DNA from: an uncultured virus (IMG/VR IMGVR_UViG_3300033156_000724) | Lineage: Duplodnaviria; Heunggongvirae; Uroviricota; Caudoviricetes | Reading direction: 5' to 3' (one strand) | Virus record (IMG/VR): IMGVR_UViG_3300033156_000724 | DNA: 20,000 bases | Shown: positions 1 through 6,613 of the stretch, in pieces | Numbering within the stretch: position 1 is the first letter of the stretch | Layout of the letters: each line of letters starts with the position of its first letter | The notes under the pieces: model-generated | What the model was told of the DNA's origin: nothing | Databases searched by the model: none | Seen by the model: the letters and a program-made list of their open reading frames with translations, nothing else | Made by a program: the position numbers and the translations under genes

Positions 1-2
1 GT

Positions 3-116
3 GGCGTTAGGTATGTTGTGAGAAAAAGATCGATATCGTTTCAGGGTGATTTGAATAACAGATATGGCGCGTGTTACAATTACGGCAAAATGAGTCGATT
101 CTACCAGACACCATAA
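3..116 (+). CDS. Possible 3' end of an upstream gene (partial, ...GACYNYGKMSRFYQTP*)
   Basis: Frame 3 is open from the window edge to TAA at 114-116 and is followed directly by a strong terminator hairpin. No recognisable motif. Confidence 0.35.
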   Translation, partial: GVRYVVRKRSISFQGDLNNRYGACYNYGKMSRFYQTP

Positions 117-124
117 TATAATAT

Positions 125-163
125 ATAAGGTGATATGCTTCTGCATATCACCTTATTTTTTTT
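125..163 (+). terminator. Rho-independent terminator
   Basis: Perfect 14-bp stem ATAAGGTGATATGC (125-138), TTCT loop, GCATATCACCTTAT (143-156), then a T run to 163. Confidence 0.85.
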
Positions 164-167
164 GAGC

Positions 168-194
168 ACCTTATTAGTAATGATTACTATTAGC
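168..194. repeat. 27-bp direct repeat, left copy, flanking the tandem array
   Basis: ACCTTATTAGTAATGATTACTATTAGC; one mismatch to 452-478; contains the dyad TAGTAA-N3-TTACTA. Confidence 0.9.
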
Positions 195-226
195 GTTTAC
201 GGCTTTCAGTGCACCTGTCACTATTT

Positions 227-410
227 GTTATACTAATAGTCATACTATTAGTCATACCGTCCGTCATACCGTCCGTCATACCATTTGTCATACCATTAGT
301 CATACCGTCTGTCATACTATTTATCATACCGTTTTGTCATACTATCTATCATACCATTTTGTCATACCATTTTGTCATACCATTTTGTCATACTATTTAT
401 CATACCATTA
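227..410. repeat. Tandem array of 15 imperfect 12-13-bp units (core RTCATACY)
   Basis: Units start at 227, 239, 251, 263, 275, 287, 299, 311, 323, 336, 348, 361, 374, 387, 399 (e.g. GTCATACCGTCC x2, GTCATACCATTTT x2); degenerate unit at 217. Confidence 0.95.
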
Positions 411-451
411 GTGGTGACGGCCTGTTATATCTGATATCGGGTTTTCCGATA

Positions 452-478
452 ACCTTATTAGTAATGGTTACTATTAGC
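452..478. repeat. 27-bp direct repeat, right copy
   Basis: ACCTTATTAGTAATGGTTACTATTAGC, 26/27 identical to 168-194. Confidence 0.9.
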
Positions 479-747
479 ATATCAGTATTATTACGTTCTG
501 TAACCGACACGGGATAGGTAAAAACGCAATCATTTCAAGGACTTACGGGCTAATAATTAAAGTAACACTTCACTGGGTGCCCTCACTGGATATGCTGCGC
601 AAGTATCTGTAATTATTGAATAAATATAATTGACCTCCCCCCTGCCCGATTCTTAGACCTTCCCCCCCCTGTAATTTGGCTGGTGGGTCCTGCCCGCAAG
701 TTTTTTGCACTTTTTCCGGCGTGAAAGCTCCTTTTTTTATAAACTCC

Positions 748-780
748 TTGACTTAATAACAATTTACATGTTATTTTTAA
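748..780 (+). promoter_or_regulatory. Putative sigma70-type promoter for terS (possibly leaderless transcript)
   Basis: TTGACT (748-753), 18-bp spacer ending in TGn, TATTTT (772-777). Closely resembles 3428-3460. ATG at 783 has no SD. Confidence 0.55.
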
Positions 781-782
781 TT

Positions 783-1316
783 ATGGGAAAAAACATAGTT
801 CCGAAAACCCTGATACAGGATGCCAAAATTTGGGATAAACTTCGCAAATGTAACGGCATTGATTGTCGTTTTGCCTCGATATGCCCTCACAGATGCGCCA
901 AGACAATTCCCCAACCGGGGGCGGTGTGTCTTGTGGAGAGTCATTATATTACTGCCAATCTTGACCCCATGTTAAAATTAATTGACCGATCGAAAGATCC
1001 GTTTGTAATGCAATGGATTGGGATGCACTTAGTTCCTTTATATTTAGATTTGGTTCAACTAAAATTAGAAAAACTATTATTAGAAGAAATAGTGTATAAG
1101 GACGGGAAAGGTCAGATCAGAGTTCATCCAATTTTTGATGAAATAAGGAAGACCCACAGGGAGATTTTTACCGTGTGGAAGACCTCCGGCCTACGCGCAA
1201 TAGCGGATTCATGCGGTTTTTTTAAACCTCCTGTTGATTTAAGTTTAGATTTCGGTGATTCTGATAGTTATGAAGAAATGCAGGGGGACTTCGATAATTA
1301 TGATGGCGAATCATAA
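783..1316 (+). CDS. terS: Putative terminase small subunit (start moved from TTG 705 to ATG 783)
   Basis: First gene upstream of terL; helical region and GKGQIRVHPIFDEIRK resemble the P27-family TerS 'HP' motif; acidic tail; N-terminal Cys cluster. Confidence 0.6.
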   Translation: MGKNIVPKTLIQDAKIWDKLRKCNGIDCRFASICPHRCAKTIPQPGAVCLVESHYITANLDPMLKLIDRSKDPFVMQWIGMHLVPLYLDLVQLKLEKLLLEEIVYKDGKGQIRVHPIFDEIRKTHREIFTVWKTSGLRAIADSCGFFKPPVDLSLDFGDSDSYEEMQGDFDNYDGES

Positions 1317-1520
1317 ATGTTATCAGGGAAAATTCTAAATATAAAATGGGCAGGCATGTGGCATGTGCAAATAGAGGGTGTAAGAAAGGTTTTTAATACT
1401 GAGTATGCCATGAATACATGGTTGTGTTATATTTTTAAGAAGGTCAAAGACCCTGAGAAGAAAAAACTATTATCAAGAGACATGTCTTTAATAATAAAGA
1501 ATGAAGAGAAAACCGAATAA
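1317..1520 (+). CDS. Small hypothetical protein (67 aa)
   Basis: Abuts the terS stop (TAA-ATG) and overlaps the terL start; fills the operon gap. Confidence 0.55.
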   Translation: MLSGKILNIKWAGMWHVQIEGVRKVFNTEYAMNTWLCYIFKKVKDPEKKKLLSRDMSLIIKNEEKTE

Positions 1521-3441
1521 ATATATTGGTTACCGCAAGGGCGGAGATGGGTTTATAAAATGGGCCGAGGATAATGTGTGGGTTTCTATCTATCCTGTTG
1601 GTCGTGAATTTTCCGTATGGGTGCCACTTGGGTCTGAGGGCAATGGAAATATATGCTCAAAAACCAATGAGTCATACCATACTATGTGGGTTAAAGTACA
1701 CCCCGAGACCGGCAGGTCGTATAGTGGGATGTGGAAGAATCAAAAAGCGGTTTTACGCCAGGCTCTTGAAATGAATGCTGGTAAGTTTCGATATCGGCTT
1801 ATAATTTTTTGTTGGCCGAGAGGCGAGGGAAAGTCATTATTAGCGGTATTATTGCAATTATGGAAGTGGTTTTGTTGGCCTCGGCAAGACATTAAGTTTT
1901 GCGCTAATAGTAAAGATCAGACAGATCATGCACATCTAAGCATCGCAAAGGAAATAATTTTAAATTCACCGAACCTGTTAAAAATAGTTGGGAAAAAAAA
2001 TATTTTAGAACATGAGATACGGAGGCGCAACAATTATGGGCATCTTGTGAGCAAGATTGAAATTATAACTACGTCGAGCGGTTTATTTTCTAATATTAAT
2101 GGATATGCATTTTCTGAAATATTTGAATTAAAGAACAAGATATTTTGGGAAAAGGTTGATGGAAACATTAGAAACATTCCTAACGCATTTGGGGTATTAG
2201 ATTCAACAGTGTCGTCGAAAGATCATTTATTATATACACTGTATGACGGATTTATGAAGGGCGCTGATCCCTTAACTTTTTTTTCATATCGGTGCAGCGC
2301 TGGATTGGATTATAAGGATTTTTGGCACCCGAATCAGACCCAAGCCCAGTTAGATTCGTACAAGGCTAAGCAACCGCTAACGTACGCCAAACAATTTAAG
2401 AATGTGTGGTCCGCTGGTGGCGAAAGAATTTTTTCAGCCGAGCAGGTTGATGCAGTGAATTATATTGGTGCAGAGGGGACTGTGAATCATAGTCGTGTTA
2501 TTGAATTAATACAGCGCAAATCTCAGATTATTGATAGTAAAGATAATTTTAGTAAGGATGGCGCCAGGGGGTTATTTGTAGATCACTCCATGGAATTAGA
2601 GCAGATAGATTCGTTATTATGGTCTGTGGATGATGTTTACCAATTAGCGTTAACACATACGGGGTCTGTAATGGCTTCGAGCAATGCACTGGATATTTTG
2701 GGAGATATGTTTGATACTGAGTGGGCTGTGATTGCTGGTGTTGATAGGGCGCAGCCATTTAAGAAAAGAACCGGGGCAAGAACCATATATATAGTTTTGG
2801 CAAAGGGTTTGCCGGGTAGTCGGAGTAACCCGGATATTGGGATACACATCGCTGATGACTCAAGCAGCGACAATGTTAAAGGTTCTGAATATATGATTCG
2901 TGGTCCGGCATATGTATATTTTTATTTACATGTTGCGGATATTATTGATCATTCATTAGAGGGGTTAAAGGCTGAAATTTTAATGACCCATGATGAATTT
3001 GGTGGGATTGACAGTATTGGTTCTGAGTCGTGGGGTGTATTTGATATGGCGGCATGGGCGGAGACGTTGGATATAAAAACAAATTTATGGGTTCCGACTT
3101 ATGCGAGGCAGTTGGGAGCATTCACAGAATTGTTTACTTTGGTTGACGACGGTCGGATAAAAAGTCCGACTGTTTTTATTCCTGGAGCGAGGGGCGACGA
3201 TATTTTAATTGAGGAATTGCGTTATTTTGATCACGATGAGGATATTCGATGGTTTGGTAGTCCAGAAAAAAACGCGAGGCAGGGAGTACAAGACGATGTG
3301 ATGTATGCTTCTGGGTGGGCGATCTATGGTGGTAGGGAATTAACGGTTCACGATTTCAGACCGAGGATAAAAAATTTATTTTTAGGCACTATTATTCAGC
3401 CAGATGGTTTATTAGGTAATTATTTTGTTGACATAAAATAA
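1501..3441 (+). CDS. terL: Terminase large subunit
   Basis: WKNQ Q-motif, Walker A WPRGEGKS, CANSKDQT, Walker B-like GYAFSE, coupling motif LDST, RNase H-like nuclease residues AGVD...GSE...QDDVMYA; directly precedes portal. Confidence 0.92.
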   Translation: MKRKPNKYIGYRKGGDGFIKWAEDNVWVSIYPVGREFSVWVPLGSEGNGNICSKTNESYHTMWVKVHPETGRSYSGMWKNQKAVLRQALEMNAGKFRYRLIIFCWPRGEGKSLLAVLLQLWKWFCWPRQDIKFCANSKDQTDHAHLSIAKEIILNSPNLLKIVGKKNILEHEIRRRNNYGHLVSKIEIITTSSGLFSNINGYAFSEIFELKNKIFWEKVDGNIRNIPNAFGVLDSTVSSKDHLLYTLYDGFMKGADPLTFFSYRCSAGLDYKDFWHPNQTQAQLDSYKAKQPLTYAKQFKNVWSAGGERIFSAEQVDAVNYIGAEGTVNHSRVIELIQRKSQIIDSKDNFSKDGARGLFVDHSMELEQIDSLLWSVDDVYQLALTHTGSVMASSNALDILGDMFDTEWAVIAGVDRAQPFKKRTGARTIYIVLAKGLPGSRSNPDIGIHIADDSSSDNVKGSEYMIRGPAYVYFYLHVADIIDHSLEGLKAEILMTHDEFGGIDSIGSESWGVFDMAAWAETLDIKTNLWVPTYARQLGAFTELFTLVDDGRIKSPTVFIPGARGDDILIEELRYFDHDEDIRWFGSPEKNARQGVQDDVMYASGWAIYGGRELTVHDFRPRIKNLFLGTIIQPDGLLGNYFVDIK

Positions 3442-3460
3442 TTGGCATGGTATTTTTTAA
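3428..3460 (+). promoter_or_regulatory. Putative sigma70-type promoter upstream of portal
   Basis: TTGACA (3428-3433), 17-bp spacer ending in TGG, TATTTT (3451-3456). Confidence 0.6.
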
Positions 3461-3522
3461 TAAAATTTATTTTAATGATACAAGATTGACACCATGCCCC
3501 CACAGCTCCGGTGTTTCCGAGG

Positions 3523-3555
3523 AAAGTCGAGTCTCGCTGAGGCTCGACTTTTTTT
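3523..3555 (+). terminator. Rho-independent terminator between terL and portal
   Basis: AAAGTCGAGTCTC-GCT-GAGGCTCGACTTT stem (one G-U) with 7 T (3549-3555). Confidence 0.8.
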
Positions 3556-3574
3556 GTTAATGAGTAGAGGTATA

Positions 3575-5164
3575 ATGGATTTTAAAGATATTCAGGAAAA
3601 AATTTTAGCGATTCCGGATGAAGTATTTATGCACTTACAGGCTTCGATGCCGTGGCAGCCGGGTGTTTTGTATGATTATACTAAAACCGACGTTGATGGT
3701 TGTCCGGCCGGTAGTTCTGATATTAAAGAGGAAGATTCTGTTGATCGGGAATATTTACAGAATGAGTGTTGGAGATTATTTAACAAAAATCCGCAGGTAA
3801 GGACATCTGTTCGTGGCGTTGCCGGTAGAATAACAGGCATGGGGTTTGAACCTACCTCTGAAATAATTAAAATTCAGGATGTTTTAAGAGAAATTGAGTA
3901 TGATCCAAGGAACAGATTATATAATTATTGGTCAAAATATGTTGTTAGGGCATTAATTGAGGGTGAGTTGTTTTTAATTCTTACTTGTCACAAAGACGGT
4001 TTTATAGAAGTTGATTTTTTAGACCCGAGTCAGATAGACACATCCAAGGGTGATGAATCTTCGGGTATTATTTTTCATCCTACCAAGAAATTATTTCCAC
4101 TATTTTATTGTATTCGGTCAAATTCCGTTACTCAGCAAATTCCGAGTATTAACATCGCCAGATATCCTGATTTGTTACAATTACTATCTGATAATCAATG
4201 GTACCGTAAAGAAGAAACGGCTCAGTCCCGGAGCGATGATATAAAATTCAAGAAAATTGGAGGGTTTTATCGGTTTATTGTTATGTGGGACCGCGGTTTT
4301 ATGACTCGAAGAACAGTAAGTTATTTAAGAACTGTTTTAGAGTGGTTAAATCATTATGAATTATTAAAAAAATTTGAGATTGATCATAAAAAATCATGCG
4401 GGGCATATGCCTGGGAGATATCGTTTGAGGATGTGAAATCATTCAAACTATGGGTTAGTATGACTGACGATGAGCGGAAAAAAACTGCTTTGATGCAGCC
4501 GATAATTCCAGGGAGCAAGATATTTTTACCTCCGGGGATGACCCTAACAGCCAAAAGCCCGAACTTACCGAAAATAAGTGGGCAGGACACGGATGTGATG
4601 GAGATGGCTGTGTCTGGGTTGAACGAGGCATCGGATGTTACAACGGGGACCGTGAAAGGCACATACGCTAGTGTGAAGGCTACCAGGGGGCCGATGAGTG
4701 ATCGAACATCTGACGAGGTTGCTGATTTTGATAGATTTTATAAGTATGATTTTTGGGGTTCAGTATTTTTTTTAAAGAATATTTTAGACGGATTCCCTAA
4801 ATTTTTTGAGGTTGAGGAGGCCGTGAGATTTGAAAACGGAAAAGAAATTTTTGAAAAAGTTAAAAAGGCCCCGCAATTTTTAATAGATGTTCAGTATCCG
4901 ATTTCGGAAACTCTGGATTTAGATGAAAGAACCAAGGCTGTTTTAGGGGTGAAGCATGGTCCGTTATCAGAGACCGTGGGTGTTCCGCCGAGCAAGGCTG
5001 CTAAAATGATAGGAATAGGTGGATATGGCCGGAACCGATTACAGAAAGCAACAGAGGATAAAAAATATCCGAAATTAATTTATGCCGATGGTATGGACCC
5101 GGAAACAAAGCAAGAAAAGGCTGAGGGTGAATTGACCAAGGAGGATAACGATGAAAAAGATTAG
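3575..5164 (+). CDS. Portal protein (start moved from 3494 to ATG 3575)
   Basis: ~530 aa directly after terL; portal-like segments (NPQVRTSV, LIEGELFL, FLDPSQI, GTYASV). GAGG SD before ATG 3575; the longer start runs through a terminator. Confidence 0.85.
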   Translation: MDFKDIQEKILAIPDEVFMHLQASMPWQPGVLYDYTKTDVDGCPAGSSDIKEEDSVDREYLQNECWRLFNKNPQVRTSVRGVAGRITGMGFEPTSEIIKIQDVLREIEYDPRNRLYNYWSKYVVRALIEGELFLILTCHKDGFIEVDFLDPSQIDTSKGDESSGIIFHPTKKLFPLFYCIRSNSVTQQIPSINIARYPDLLQLLSDNQWYRKEETAQSRSDDIKFKKIGGFYRFIVMWDRGFMTRRTVSYLRTVLEWLNHYELLKKFEIDHKKSCGAYAWEISFEDVKSFKLWVSMTDDERKKTALMQPIIPGSKIFLPPGMTLTAKSPNLPKISGQDTDVMEMAVSGLNEASDVTTGTVKGTYASVKATRGPMSDRTSDEVADFDRFYKYDFWGSVFFLKNILDGFPKFFEVEEAVRFENGKEIFEKVKKAPQFLIDVQYPISETLDLDERTKAVLGVKHGPLSETVGVPPSKAAKMIGIGGYGRNRLQKATEDKKYPKLIYADGMDPETKQEKAEGELTKEDNDEKD

Positions 5165-5618
5165 TTTAATAATTGTAATTTTATGTTTTATGGTATTGCC
5201 GGCACACGCAGCGTGGACAGTGGCTACGACTGTGACTGCTAACGCTGCTCACTATATAAAATTTAAAGTGGTGTGCACATCTGATGGTGATGCTTTGGCG
5301 GCCACGGATTTACATGCTGAATTTGCTGAACAAGTATCATCGAGATTTGTGCAGGGTTTAACTGTATTATTATTGAAGGTTGTGCCTGGTACTGACACTG
5401 TTATTCCAAATACTACAATAAATATTACACTTACCGATGAAGAGGGGGATGAATTGTGGTCTGATACTGGTATATCCAAAGATGCTGCTACTTGGCATAA
5501 TTTGGCGAAAGATATTGGTGCATATTTGCCAATATTGGATAAATTTTATTTAGCCATGAATGATATTGGAGATGACGGTGATCAAGTAACATTGTATTTT
5601 TGTTGTTGGATTGAATAA
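5151..5618 (+). CDS. Secreted-type beta-rich hypothetical protein with Sec signal peptide
   Basis: AAGGAGG SD; MKK + hydrophobic core + AHA|A cleavage motif; Thr/Asp-rich mature part. Confidence 0.8.
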   Translation: MKKISLIIVILCFMVLPAHAAWTVATTVTANAAHYIKFKVVCTSDGDALAATDLHAEFAEQVSSRFVQGLTVLLLKVVPGTDTVIPNTTINITLTDEEGDELWSDTGISKDAATWHNLAKDIGAYLPILDKFYLAMNDIGDDGDQVTLYFCCWIE

Positions 5619-5630
5619 AAGGGGTTTATT

Positions 5631-6581
5631 ATGTTAAAAAAATTGTATTTATTAGTGATATTGGTATTTTTTGCGGGATATGCATGGGCATTTCCGGCTC
5701 CGGCTCCGGCGCCGAGTGATATTCCTTATGATGCTTCAACATGGGATAATAATTCTCTCGCCGCGACCAAAAATGCTATCAGAGATAAAATTGAATCAAT
5801 GGGAGGGAGTAGTGGTTTTAAACTTGACCAAAATGTTGAAACACTGGCTGCCGCAAAAACACTTACGACCAGTGATAAAGCTATTCAAAAATTAGATCCC
5901 GACGGAAGTGATCGGGATGTTGTGCTACCTGCAACATTCTGGATTTATAATACTGCTAATGGCGCTGGTGAGGATTTGATTGTTAAAGATGATTCACCGG
6001 CCACTATTGTAAGTCTTGGCCCAGGCATGGGTATGATGTTTTCATGTGATGGAACATCTTGGGTTGCCTTGGATGATGAAGGGATTGTTTATGATGCCGT
6101 GGCAGATACGGTTAGTGTAGGGTCTTTGACTGCTACCAAATTAAGTATTACTAATACATCCGAACCAGCTCTATTGATTTCAATGACTTCCATTACAGGA
6201 ACTGACAATCAGGCAATTGATGTTGTTGGTGGGGAAGCTTTGGGAGCTGAAGAGCACTGGACAGGTATTAGAGTTAAACCAAGCGACCTTGACCCTACTG
6301 GGGCTGATACAAGAATCAGAGGTATTGCTTCTAATTTGAGTGGCGTTGACGTGTCAAACATTCCTGAAAGCATGGAGGCTTTGAGGCTTGTTATGCCTGA
6401 TGGTAGAACTCTCACAGGGGCCGCAAGATCAGCTTGTGATGCATTAGCAATTCAAGATGGTGATGTCAATCATTTTTTTGCAGTACCAGATACAGCAGCA
6501 TCAACTTTTTCAGCATATGATTTAATATTTGATTCAGAATTGTTGAGTGCCAGCTCAGGTATTCATGGATTTAGTGTGTAG
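5631..6581 (+). CDS. N-terminal part of a large fibre/adhesin-like protein with signal peptide; truncated by a 34-bp duplication
   Basis: MLKK + hydrophobic core + AWA|F, PAPAPAP linker, G/S/T/D-rich beta-type sequence; the TAG stop at 6579-6581 is created at the duplication junction. Confidence 0.75.
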   Translation: MLKKLYLLVILVFFAGYAWAFPAPAPAPSDIPYDASTWDNNSLAATKNAIRDKIESMGGSSGFKLDQNVETLAAAKTLTTSDKAIQKLDPDGSDRDVVLPATFWIYNTANGAGEDLIVKDDSPATIVSLGPGMGMMFSCDGTSWVALDDEGIVYDAVADTVSVGSLTATKLSITNTSEPALLISMTSITGTDNQAIDVVGGEALGAEEHWTGIRVKPSDLDPTGADTRIRGIASNLSGVDVSNIPESMEALRLVMPDGRTLTGAARSACDALAIQDGDVNHFFAVPDTAASTFSAYDLIFDSELLSASSGIHGFSV

Positions 6582-6613
6582 TGCCAGCTCAGGTATTCAT
6601 GGATTTAGTGTGT
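6546..6613. repeat. Perfect 34-bp tandem duplication
   Basis: AGTGCCAGCTCAGGTATTCATGGATTTAGTGTGT at 6546-6579 and 6580-6613. Confidence 0.97.

Noticed and set aside
227..410. CRISPR array
   Set aside because: Units are 12-13 bp and contiguous, with no unique 25-45-bp spacers; no cas genes in the window.
209..517. 102-aa hydrophobic ORF
   Set aside because: It is a translation of the tandem array (VIPS/VIPF, then a frame change to CHTI at 13-bp units); no SD; probably spurious.
705..782. TTG-start N-terminal extension of terS
   Set aside because: Runs through poly-T tracts and the predicted promoter; ATG 783 is more plausible.
1501..3441. Intein or intron in terL
   Set aside because: The ORF is long but continuous; no C...HN-[CST] splice junction or homing endonuclease motif seen.
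3494..3574. 27-aa N-terminal extension of portal
   Set aside because: Spans a terminator hairpin; ATG 3575 has the SD.
3571..3576. Perfect TATAAT at the portal start
   Set aside because: Overlaps the ATG and has no matching -35; likely chance in AT-rich DNA.
6579..6581. TAG recoding or programmed frameshift joining the fibre ORFs
   Set aside because: The downstream ORF is in another frame and the 34-bp duplication explains the break; other genes end normally at TAG (14700, 18183).
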